The notes under the pieces were generated by a model that worked only from the letters and a program-made list of their open reading frames with translations, was not told the origin of the DNA and did not search any database. A program made the position numbers and the translations under genes. From an uncultured Gammaproteobacteria bacterium (GTDB lineage: Bacteria > Patescibacteriota > Patescibacteriia > Magasanikbacterales > GWA2-37-8), in assembly GCA_964356495.1 (NCBI GenBank), contig CAYHHR010000004.1, positions 153-43,678 of the forward strand: 43,526 bases of DNA, given 5' to 3'. Positions 17,970 through 29,391 of the stretch are shown here, piece by piece. Position 1 is the first letter of the stretch. Every line of letters begins with the position of its first letter.

Positions 17970-19478
17970 CTAGAGCTTCCCGAGCGCAATTTCTATTCTT
18001 CTGATCGACTCATCTTTTCCAATCGCCTCCGCGATTTCAAATGGCCCCGGGGAATTCGGTTGTCCGGAAAGCGCCACGCGCCAGGGCCAGAGCACACTGC
18101 CGTTTGAATAGCCGTTTTTCACCACCCACTCCCCTACCGATTTCTCCAGATCAGATTTATTCCAATTATTTTCTTTGACGTCGGACAAAAATTTATGAAC
18201 TTCCGGCAAAATTTTCCGCGCTTCTTCGATTGAACCTTTCTTCCAAACCAAAAGCTCCTTTTCATACCCCGGAAGCTTCAAGGCAAACGCCAGCGCCGCC
18301 GGCAATTCAGCAAGAGTGGTCACGCGTTCGCGTTCCAAAGAAATTATTTTTTCGAGCCGTTCTGAATTAACTCCTCCATTAAAATAATCTAAACTTCTGC
18401 CGGCCAATTCAGCGTCAGACAACTTTTTTATATATTCCTTATTAAACCAATTTAATTTATCAACATTAAACACCGCTCCAGTTTTGTTTACTTTTGAGAG
18501 ATTGAATTCCTTAACCAACTCATCCAACGAAAAAATTTCCCGCTCATCGCCAGGATTCCAACCAAGAAAGGCGACGAAATTCACCAGGGCCTCCGGTAAA
18601 TAGCCATTCTTTTGGTAATCAGCTACCGCGACGTCACCTTGCCGTTTACTTAACTTCGATTTATCGGCGTTAAGCAAAAGCGGCAAATGCGCAAACTCGG
18701 GCGCGTTCCAACCAAAACATTTATATAGTTGTATATGCTTTGGCGTACTGCTGATCCACTCGTCGCCACGAATTACGTGCGTGATTTCCATCAGATGATC
18801 ATCGACGACTACCGCCAGATGATAGGTTGGAAATCCGTCCGACTTCATCAAAACCTGATCATCTACCAAAGCATTTTTTATTTTTACCTCGCCATGGATT
18901 AAATCCTTGAAAATCGTCTCACCTTCTTTTGGCATTTTCAGACGTACCACATGATTCTCCCCGGCCACGATTTTCTTTTTTGCTTCATCGCTGCTGACAG
19001 TTTTCAAACATTGCTGATCATAACCCGTAGGCTGTTTATTTTGTTGCTGAGTTTCACGAAGTTTTTGCAAACGATCAGGCGTACAGAAACAATAATACGC
19101 ACTCCCCTTCTCCAGAAGTTCTTCGGCAAATTTTTTATAGATATCTAGACGTTCTGACTGAACATACGGCCCCTTTTCACCATTCTGAACAATCTTCGCT
19201 CCCTCCCCTTTCCAAGGGGAGGCTAGGTGGGGTTTGCCGTCCTTTGCGACCTCGCCACTCAACATAACACCCCCATCCGGCACAATACCAGCCCAATAAA
19301 GAGACTTCAAAATATTTTCAGTTCCGTCCGCCACGAACCGCTCCCGATCGGTATCCTCGATACGCAACAAAAATTTTCCGCCCTGATTTTTCGCGAATAA
19401 ATACGAATACAAAGCGGTACGAAGACCGCCGACATGAAGATAACCGGTTGGGCTGGGAGCAAAACGGGTGCGGATCAC
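17970..19478 (-). CDS. gltX: Glutamyl-tRNA synthetase
   Basis: IRTRFAPSPTGYLHVG, RIEDTD, KLSKR; likely GTG start 19478 in a GTGA overlap with the upstream stop. Confidence 0.96.
   Translation of the reverse strand: MIRTRFAPSPTGYLHVGGLRTALYSYLFAKNQGGKFLLRIEDTDRERFVADGTENILKSLYWAGIVPDGGVMLSGEVAKDGKPHLASPWKGEGAKIVQNGEKGPYVQSERLDIYKKFAEELLEKGSAYYCFCTPDRLQKLRETQQQNKQPTGYDQQCLKTVSSDEAKKKIVAGENHVVRLKMPKEGETIFKDLIHGEVKIKNALVDDQVLMKSDGFPTYHLAVVVDDHLMEITHVIRGDEWISSTPKHIQLYKCFGWNAPEFAHLPLLLNADKSKLSKRQGDVAVADYQKNGYLPEALVNFVAFLGWNPGDEREIFSLDELVKEFNLSKVNKTGAVFNVDKLNWFNKEYIKKLSDAELAGRSLDYFNGGVNSERLEKIISLERERVTTLAELPAALAFALKLPGYEKELLVWKKGSIEEARKILPEVHKFLSDVKENNWNKSDLEKSVGEWVVKNGYSNGSVLWPWRVALSGQPNSPGPFEIAEAIGKDESIRRIEIALGKL
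19198..19247 (-). repeat. Family A palindromic element in frame in gltX
   Basis: 49/50 identical to 1926-1975; encodes AKDGKPHLASPWKGEGA. Confidence 0.92.
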
Positions 19479-20269
19479 ACTTTTTCTTTTAAAATTAAAT
19501 AAGAAAATTTCAGCGTCGCGTTGAGAATTCTGCCGAAACGCCTCGGCTGTTTCCACAAACGATACAGCCATTCTAAACCAATTTGACGCATAAGTCTAGG
19601 AGCGCGCCGAATAAATTCGGACAAATAATCAAACGCGCCGCCTACCCCCATGCCGATTTTTACGCTCGGCATTTTTACTAAATTTTCGGCCAGCCACTTC
19701 TCCTGTTTCCCCATGCCGAACGCCACAAACAAAATATCAGGCTTTGTTTCATTAATTTTTTTAATTGAAAATTGATCATTGGAATTTGATTGGAAATTGG
19801 AAATTGGAAATTGGAAATTTTCGTCAATAGTAGGCCCTTTGTCATACCCAGCAATTTTTAATCCAGGAAATTTTTTTAATAAATTTTCACTCGCCATTTT
19901 GACGACCTCATCGCTCAGGCTCCCCAATAAATAGATTGAATACTTTTTTTGTTCAGCGAGTTTGCACAGATCAACCATAAAATCAACTCCGGTGATTCGG
20001 TCCAACCCACCCCTACCCCGCCCAAGCGGGGAATTGTTTTTTCCAAAATACCGCCTGGCGAGCCATAGACCAAACCCATCGCAGAGATTCAGCGATCCCC
20101 TATTTAGAACTTCTCTAAAATACACATCTGTTTGCGCCATAACCAGCATTTCCGGGTTAGGTGTAAATATCAGGTGCTGACCGCTGGAAAAAATAAATGA
20201 TTCGGCTTTTTTGACAGCCTCACCCCCTGAAAAATCATCGATACGTATACCCAAAATAGTATTATTCAT
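19475..20269 (-). CDS. WecB/TagA/CpsF family glycosyltransferase
   Basis: TPNPE, RITGVD, PDILFVAFGMGKQE, GVGGAFD, GLEWLYRL..QPRR. Confidence 0.93.
   Translation of the reverse strand: MNNTILGIRIDDFSGGEAVKKAESFIFSSGQHLIFTPNPEMLVMAQTDVYFREVLNRGSLNLCDGFGLWLARRYFGKNNSPLGRGRGGLDRITGVDFMVDLCKLAEQKKYSIYLLGSLSDEVVKMASENLLKKFPGLKIAGYDKGPTIDENFQFPISNFQSNSNDQFSIKKINETKPDILFVAFGMGKQEKWLAENLVKMPSVKIGMGVGGAFDYLSEFIRRAPRLMRQIGLEWLYRLWKQPRRFGRILNATLKFSYLILKEKV
19763..19821. repeat. Heptamer tandem repeat (family B) in frame
   Basis: GGAAATT x4 perfect (19792-19819) plus degenerate units; encodes NFQFPISNFQSNSNDQFSI. Confidence 0.88.
20002..20036. repeat. Family A palindromic element in frame in the TagA-like gene
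   Basis: 35/35 identical to 42431-42465; hairpin CCCCGC-ccaa-GCGGGG; encodes NSPLGRGRGGL. Confidence 0.92.
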
Positions 20270-20309
20270 GATATAATAAACCTGTTAAATCAACCAAATT
20301 ATACCACAG

Positions 20310-20338
20310 TTGACAAATAAATAAAGAGTTGATAATAT
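20310..20338 (+). promoter_or_regulatory. Sigma70-type promoter for clpB
   Basis: TTGACA-17 nt-TAATAT with extended TG. Confidence 0.75.
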
Positions 20339-20343
20339 TCCTT

Positions 20344-20370
20344 TTATCACTCAGACTATCAGAGTGCTAA
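20344..20370 (+). promoter_or_regulatory. CIRCE operator (HrcA site)
   Basis: TTATCACTC-N9-GAGTGCTAA, one mismatch to TTAGCACTC-N9-GAGTGCTAA, between the promoter and the clpB ATG. Confidence 0.9.
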
Positions 20371-20378
20371 ATCAATAT

Positions 20379-23027
<2,649 letters not shown>

Positions 23028-23089
23028 CACATTTTCTCGTTTTGACTTCTCTATTCACAAACCGCCTGCCATGCTATAATTATAAGCGT

Positions 23090-25315
23090 ATGGTGCTTTC
23101 GTTTCTAAAAAAATTTACGCTGGGATTGGCGGTGTTTTTCGTTTTACCTAACGCCGTTCTGGCACAGGCCGACTTCAATCCTTCCTTCATAATTTCGGAT
23201 CCGGAAATGCAAGACTACCGCAGTCTGGATCGGAACGATATCCAGGCATTCCTGAACGACAAAGGCAGCTATATCCGAACCGGACAGTTCGAGGATGCAA
23301 GTGGCACGATGAAATATGCCGCTGATATAATCTATACCGCTTCTCAAAATTACCAAATTAATCCGAAATTTTTATTGGTAACACTCCAAAAAGAACAAAG
23401 CCTCGTGACCGATGACACACCAACTCAGCGGCAGCTCGACTGGGCGACTGGTTACGCGGTTTGCGACGGCTGCTATCTCAGTGATCCCAGGGTTCAAAAG
23501 TATCGCGGCCTCGGCAAGCAGATCGACGGCACGGCCGGCGTCATCCGATGGTACTACGACAATCAGGACCGTCCGGTGGTAAAGAAAAAAGATACCCCGA
23601 TCCGCATCGACGACACTGATGTTACTCCGGCGACCTGGGCAACCGCGTTTTTATATACCTACACTCCTCACCTTCACGGCAACGCCAATTTCTGGCGTAT
23701 TTGGAGCACCTGGTTTTCACAGGTTTATCCCAACGGAACCCTGCTCCAATCCGCAAGTTCAAGCGATTATTGGCTGATCGATAACGGCAATCGCCGAAGG
23801 TTCAGAAGCAGAACCGCCCTCATCACGCGCGTTGACCCGAGACTGGCAATCAAAACCAGCGAAGTCGATCTTCAGAATTATAAAATCGGACCGGATATCG
23901 CCTTCCCAAATTATTCGCTTTTGCATACCGAATCATCGACCTTTCTGCTTGATTATGACACGCTGCGGCCATTCGCTTCCGATGCAGTTGTCGCGAAGTT
24001 AGGTTTCAACCCTGACGAACTGATCGATGTCGCCGAGTCAGACCTCATCGGGTACAACATCGGGACGACAATCACCGCTTCATCGACCGCCCCGCAAGGA
24101 ATAATTTTTAAAATTTCCGACGCGCCCAACACCTTTTACCTCATGAAAGATGGCGTGCTATACCCGATTATTGATCAGATGATTTTGCAAACTAATTTTA
24201 AATCCCTGCCGATAGAAAAACATAAACTTAAAGAACTTTCCGCCTATCAAACGGCCGATAACCCGATTAAATTCAACGATGGCGCCCTGATCCAGGTTCA
24301 AAATAGCGGCATCATTTATGTGATGGATAATGGTAGGAAACGTCCGCTCGCCGACGATGACACCTTCCTGGCGCTCGGTTACAAAAAGTCAAACATCATC
24401 ACCGTCAAATCGCTTACTGCCATGAATCTCCCAACCGGTGATCAAATTTTTGTAAACAACAATCTCACATCAGCGCGCAACAAATATTTAGGCGACAGCG
24501 AAACTCCGGTCAGTGATCTGTACGGCAAAACCGCCTCCGCCTCATACCTGGTTGCCGAATATCCAAGCGGTCGAATTGTTTCCGGAAAAAATGTCGACAG
24601 CAGGCGTTCGATTGCTTCACTCACAAAGCTTCTGACAGCCTATGAAGCGATTCATGAGGATTTCAAATTAAAAGGCGCCACCGTTTATGATGATAAAAAA
24701 TATAATTCCGACGGCAATACCCTAAATCTAAAAAATGGCGAAAAAGTTCGCAATCAAGACATGTTCTATACGATGCTTATCGGGTCGGATAACAGTGCCG
24801 CGCGCCTGGTCGCTCAAAACACCTCCATCGACGAGGACAGCCTGGTCCGAAAAATCGGTCTTCGCCTCGAGAAATGGGGCGCTGATTACACCAGTGTGAA
24901 AGATGTGACCGGATTGGACGCCAACAATAAATCCACCCCCCGCGATCTTCTAAAAATTTTTACCAAAGTACTGGACAACAAAACCATCAGGGATGCTCTT
25001 AGCTCGCCGTCCTACACCTATACTGAACTTAAATCCCGTGATAAAATATCTACGCATCGCTTCAAGAATACCAACCAGATTCTCACTAATATTCCTCTCA
25101 AAAAAAGAGACTACCGGATACTTGCCACTAAGACAGGCTATACTGACGAAGCGGGCGGAGTTATGATTATGCTGGTCGAAGCCAAAAAGACAAAAAAACA
25201 ATACGTCATTGTGACCCTCGGAAACTCAAACTACAAAAAACGTTTCGAGGAACCGCATAAGATCGCTGAATGGATTACTACCTCCAATTTAACCCTTACT
25301 AACAAAAAGAAATAA
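23090..25315 (+). CDS. Secreted multidomain protein with C-terminal S11 D-Ala-D-Ala carboxypeptidase
   Basis: Signal peptide; SIASLTK, SDN, KTGYT motifs; TGcTATAAT at 23072-23080 supports ATG 23090. Confidence 0.82.
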   Translation: MVLSFLKKFTLGLAVFFVLPNAVLAQADFNPSFIISDPEMQDYRSLDRNDIQAFLNDKGSYIRTGQFEDASGTMKYAADIIYTASQNYQINPKFLLVTLQKEQSLVTDDTPTQRQLDWATGYAVCDGCYLSDPRVQKYRGLGKQIDGTAGVIRWYYDNQDRPVVKKKDTPIRIDDTDVTPATWATAFLYTYTPHLHGNANFWRIWSTWFSQVYPNGTLLQSASSSDYWLIDNGNRRRFRSRTALITRVDPRLAIKTSEVDLQNYKIGPDIAFPNYSLLHTESSTFLLDYDTLRPFASDAVVAKLGFNPDELIDVAESDLIGYNIGTTITASSTAPQGIIFKISDAPNTFYLMKDGVLYPIIDQMILQTNFKSLPIEKHKLKELSAYQTADNPIKFNDGALIQVQNSGIIYVMDNGRKRPLADDDTFLALGYKKSNIITVKSLTAMNLPTGDQIFVNNNLTSARNKYLGDSETPVSDLYGKTASASYLVAEYPSGRIVSGKNVDSRRSIASLTKLLTAYEAIHEDFKLKGATVYDDKKYNSDGNTLNLKNGEKVRNQDMFYTMLIGSDNSAARLVAQNTSIDEDSLVRKIGLRLEKWGADYTSVKDVTGLDANNKSTPRDLLKIFTKVLDNKTIRDALSSPSYTYTELKSRDKISTHRFKNTNQILTNIPLKKRDYRILATKTGYTDEAGGVMIMLVEAKKTKKQYVIVTLGNSNYKKRFEEPHKIAEWITTSNLTLTNKKK

Positions 25316-25318
25316 TGT

Positions 25319-26113
25319 ATGTCGTTAGTCTTTGCCGCGATTACGCCTCATCCGCCTTTGCTTATCCCATCAATCGGCAAGGACGCGATTAAAAAAATCG
25401 AGCGCACGCGCCAGGCATTTCTGAAATTAGAGGAAGATCTATACGCCGTTCACCCCGATGTTATAGTTATTATTTCGCCGCATGGCCGGCAATTTCCAGA
25501 CGCGTTTATCATTAACATGGCGCCAAAATATGAAAGCGACCTAAAGGAATTTGGGGATCTTGCCACTAAAATTTCCTTTAACGGCGACATCACTCTGCCA
25601 TACAATATCCGCTCTGCCTGCAACATCGATCATACCTGTGAAACCGTCATCATCAGCGAACCGAAGCTTGATCACGGCATAGTCGTTCCGCTTTTCTATT
25701 TAACAAAACATCTGCCGGACACAAAAATTTTACCGATCAGTTTTTCAGAATTTGATGAAAAGACGCATCTTGAATTTGGCGCTATCCTGAAAGATCAAAT
25801 CATGACAAACAATAAACGAATAGCGGTGATTGCGTCCGCGGATTTATCACACGCGCTTTCAAATGACGCGCCGGCCGGATTTAATAAAAACGGCGAAATT
25901 TTTGACAAAAAAATTCAAGAAGTGCTCGCTTCCCACAATACCGCCGGATTACTTTCCCTAGACAAAGAACTCGTCAGCGGAGCCTCGGAGTGCGGCCTCC
26001 GCTCAATTTTAATTCTCATGGGAATATTGCGTGACGTAAATTACCGCTACGAATCCTACGCCTACGAAGCTCCTTTCGGCGTCGGCTATCTCACAGCCAA
26101 TTTTATAATCTAA
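25319..26113 (+). CDS. Memo/LigB-like protein (AmmeMemoRadiSam B-like)
   Basis: PHPP, ISPH, LDHG, SADLSH, ECG, YEAPFGVGY. Confidence 0.82.
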   Translation: MSLVFAAITPHPPLLIPSIGKDAIKKIERTRQAFLKLEEDLYAVHPDVIVIISPHGRQFPDAFIINMAPKYESDLKEFGDLATKISFNGDITLPYNIRSACNIDHTCETVIISEPKLDHGIVVPLFYLTKHLPDTKILPISFSEFDEKTHLEFGAILKDQIMTNNKRIAVIASADLSHALSNDAPAGFNKNGEIFDKKIQEVLASHNTAGLLSLDKELVSGASECGLRSILILMGILRDVNYRYESYAYEAPFGVGYLTANFII

Positions 26114-26115
26114 AT

Positions 26116-27975
26116 ATGATCGCAGCCGTGGTACCGATCAAACGGGGAAAAATCACTCTCCCCTTTTTTGATTATGAAATACCGGGAGACATGTCCGATA
26201 AAATCAAAATCGGCCAGTTGGTGGAGATACCGCTTCGCGGCAGGAATGAGTTCGGAGTTGTTCGGTCGCTTGCGCGCGCGTCGTCGATTAAAAATTTAAA
26301 GTCCATCGGCAAAATCATCCACGAAAGACCATTTTTTAATCCTGAAAGCCTTAAATTCTTCGAAGAAATTTCAGAACTATACCATACCTCCCTCGGCAGT
26401 ATAATTAAGTCCGCCCTCCCGCCAATGCAAAAAAGGATGCTGAACAAATTAATTGTTCAAGCTCCGGAACCGACAACGGCCAAAAAAATATTCAAAAAAC
26501 CAAACTTATTTGTTTACAATAATTTAGCTGATAAAAAATCATACCTGAAAAAAATTATCTCGGCCGCCGGTCAAACCCTTATCATCATACCTGAAGCCGC
26601 CGATGCGGGCGAAATTATCAATTTGCTGCCGAACTCAAAATCAATCGGTTTTGTAACCAGCTATCTTTCCAACAAAGATCTTTTCAACGCCTGGGTAAAA
26701 ATTTGGCAGGGTGAAACGAAAATTATCGTTGGCACTCGCCGGGCGCTGATGATGTCGTTTAATAATCTGGAGACAATCATTATCGACGAAGACTGGAGCC
26801 CCAGCCACAAAAGCTGGGATTCCGCGCCGCGCCTGCACGCCAGGGACGCGGCCATAATCGCCGCGAAATACTTTGGCGCCGCCATCCACATCATCGGCCA
26901 CACGCCGACAGTTGAGAACTATTTTTTCGCGCGGCATAATGTTTACGACCATCAGCCGGAAGCTATTCTTCCTCGCCCTCTAACATTAAATCTCATCGAT
27001 CTGCGGCATGAGACCAGGATGAAAAATTTCGGATCGCTCAGCGACGTTCTTCAGAACGCGCTTCTCGAAGCAAAAAGCGGCGGCATATTCCTCTACTGCA
27101 ACCGCCGCGGCAGCGCTTCATATGTGATGTGTCGTGATTGCTCGGCCGTCCTCAGGTGCCATAAATGCAAGCAAGCGCAGACCTATCACGAATCCCGCGG
27201 CGAAATGACCTGCCATTATTGCCGGATTGCTCAACCAATGCCGTCGGGCTGTGCCGGTTGCGGCGGCGTTAATTTGTTGTATTATGGAAAAGGAACGGAA
27301 GCTGTCATTCGTGAAATCAAAAAACTTCTACCGAATGACGGGAGGGAAATTATTAATATCGAAAATTCCGAGGACACCCTGAAACTAATAAAACCGGAAA
27401 CAGACCAAATAATAATCGGCACTCAGCTTGCCTGGTCGCATCTCAATTGGAAAAAAATATCGTTGATGGCGTTTGTTGATGCCGACACTCCCCTATTTGT
27501 TCCAGAATATCGTTCGACCGAACACCTGTGGGATCTACTGCGAGATGCGGCTTTCCGAATGAACGAAACCGGCGCTCTTTATGTTCAAACCAACCACCCC
27601 GAACATCCGGTCTACGCGAACCTTCCGAATCCGGAAGCTTTTTATGCCGTCGAACTTGAGCAACGGAAAATTTTTGGTTACCCCCCACATAAATATTTAC
27701 TCAAACTTTTCTTTGGCGCCGCCACCAAGGAATCCGGCAAAGCGGAAGGAGAGCGATTGTTCCGCCAACTTGGCGGGTTGACTAAAGGGCCGACTGATAT
27801 TAAAATAACCCCGCCACTGGAGCTTTTTCCGCCCTTTCAGAAAGGCAGGTATTGGCAGGCCATTATCCTAAAGCTTTCATACGCGGATTATAAACAGCAA
27901 CTGCGCGCGATAATGAAGATTGTCCCGGAAACCTGGAAAGTCGACCCCAACCCTAATACACTCCTTAGCCTATAA
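26116..27975 (+). CDS. priA: Primosomal protein N' (PriA) with degenerate helicase motifs
   Basis: FDYEIP..GQLVEIP, IVGTR, NRRG, CRDC/CHKC/CHYC/CAGC zinc region, GYPP; priA-def-fmt context. Confidence 0.85.
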   Translation: MIAAVVPIKRGKITLPFFDYEIPGDMSDKIKIGQLVEIPLRGRNEFGVVRSLARASSIKNLKSIGKIIHERPFFNPESLKFFEEISELYHTSLGSIIKSALPPMQKRMLNKLIVQAPEPTTAKKIFKKPNLFVYNNLADKKSYLKKIISAAGQTLIIIPEAADAGEIINLLPNSKSIGFVTSYLSNKDLFNAWVKIWQGETKIIVGTRRALMMSFNNLETIIIDEDWSPSHKSWDSAPRLHARDAAIIAAKYFGAAIHIIGHTPTVENYFFARHNVYDHQPEAILPRPLTLNLIDLRHETRMKNFGSLSDVLQNALLEAKSGGIFLYCNRRGSASYVMCRDCSAVLRCHKCKQAQTYHESRGEMTCHYCRIAQPMPSGCAGCGGVNLLYYGKGTEAVIREIKKLLPNDGREIINIENSEDTLKLIKPETDQIIIGTQLAWSHLNWKKISLMAFVDADTPLFVPEYRSTEHLWDLLRDAAFRMNETGALYVQTNHPEHPVYANLPNPEAFYAVELEQRKIFGYPPHKYLLKLFFGAATKESGKAEGERLFRQLGGLTKGPTDIKITPPLELFPPFQKGRYWQAIILKLSYADYKQQLRAIMKIVPETWKVDPNPNTLLSL

Positions 27976-27979
27976 ATAT

Positions 27980-28468
27980 ATGGTCTACGACATCGTAATC
28001 GAACCAAACCCAATGCTCCACGCGCCAAGCGCGCCGGTTTCTCCGGATGAGATTAAAAGCCGTGAAATGCAAAAATTCATAAAGGACATGATCGAGACCA
28101 TGTATGTTAAAAACGGCGTTGGACTTGCGGCCGTTCAGGTTGGACGACCAATCCTGCTTTTTACGCTTATCAAGGAATTCAACGACCTAAACAAACACGA
28201 GGACCTGGTGCTTTTCAATCCGACCTGGAAAAAATTATCTCTGATTTCACTAACCGACGAAGAAGGCTGCCTCTCGGTGCCGAGAATGTACGGCCAACGA
28301 AAACGAGTCGCGAAAATTAATGTCACCGCTCTGGATAAAAACGGAAAAAAAATTGAATTCATCGCCGAAAATTTCTTCGCTCGAATCATCCAGCATGAAG
28401 TTGACCATCTCAACGGACACTTATACGTTGAGAAGGCCACCAGCCTTCGTCGCGTTGAACCCCGATAA
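27980..28468 (+). CDS. def: Peptide deformylase
   Basis: GVGLAAVQVG, EGCLS, QHEVDHLNG; start moved to ATG 27980. Confidence 0.96.
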   Translation: MVYDIVIEPNPMLHAPSAPVSPDEIKSREMQKFIKDMIETMYVKNGVGLAAVQVGRPILLFTLIKEFNDLNKHEDLVLFNPTWKKLSLISLTDEEGCLSVPRMYGQRKRVAKINVTALDKNGKKIEFIAENFFARIIQHEVDHLNGHLYVEKATSLRRVEPR

Positions 28469-28471
28469 CAT

Positions 28472-29389
28472 ATGCGCATAAAAATCGTTTTCTTCGGAAC
28501 GCATGACTTCGGCGCGGCAATGTTGAGCGCCCTGATTGAAAATAAAAATTATGACATCGTCTCCGTCATAACCCAGCCCGATCGGCCGGTTGGACGAGAA
28601 CATAAATTACAAAAATCTGCCGTGAAGATTCTCGCTGAGCAACACGGATTAGATATCTTTCAACCCGAATCGCTTAAAAATTGGACATTGGACATTGGGG
28701 TTTGGGATTTGGCGGTGGTCTGCCAATACGGCCTGATCATACCGAAAACGATTTTAGGACTGCCGAGGTTTGGTTTTATTAATATCCACACCTCCCTGCT
28801 GCCGAAATATCGCGGCGCTTCTCCGATCCAGACCGCAATTTTGAACGGAGAAACCGAGACTGGAGTTACGATTATGCTCATGGACGAAAGAATGGATCAT
28901 GGCAAAATTCTCTCGCAAGCAAAAATAAAAATTTTGCCCGATGATACCTATCTTGATCTGCAGGAAAAGATGGAGCCGGTCGCTCGCGAACTGCTTTTAA
29001 AAACCCTGCCCGAATATCTGGAGGGGAAAATAAAATCGGCAGCGCAAGATGAAAATCACGCGACGTTTTGTAAAATATTCACTCGTGACGACGGACGGAT
29101 CGACTGGAAAAAATCCGCGGCAGAGATTTACAATCAATACCGCGGCCTATCACCGTGGCCCGGAATTTGGACAATGTGGGGCGACAAAAGACTGAAGCTT
29201 CTTGAAATCAAAGTTTCCGATTTAAAAATTCCGTCTGGCGAAATAAAAATAAACGACAAAAAAATTTTTGTCGGTACAAAAAATGGCGCTGTCGAAATCT
29301 TATTGCTGCAGCTCGAAGGTAAAAAAGAACAAACAGCCGCCGATTTTATTTCCGGCTACTCGACATTTGACTCGGCGATCTTAACATAA
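28472..29389 (+). CDS. fmt: Methionyl-tRNA formyltransferase
   Basis: VITQPDRPVGR, NIHTSLLPKYRGASPIQ, MDHG. Confidence 0.96.
   Translation: MRIKIVFFGTHDFGAAMLSALIENKNYDIVSVITQPDRPVGREHKLQKSAVKILAEQHGLDIFQPESLKNWTLDIGVWDLAVVCQYGLIIPKTILGLPRFGFINIHTSLLPKYRGASPIQTAILNGETETGVTIMLMDERMDHGKILSQAKIKILPDDTYLDLQEKMEPVARELLLKTLPEYLEGKIKSAAQDENHATFCKIFTRDDGRIDWKKSAAEIYNQYRGLSPWPGIWTMWGDKRLKLLEIKVSDLKIPSGEIKINDKKIFVGTKNGAVEILLLQLEGKKEQTAADFISGYSTFDSAILT
28676..28711. repeat. Heptamer tandem repeat (family B) in frame in fmt
   Basis: AAAAATT GGACATT GGACATT GGGGTTT GGGATTT; encodes KNWTLDIGVWDL. Confidence 0.7.
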
Positions 29390-29391
29390 AT

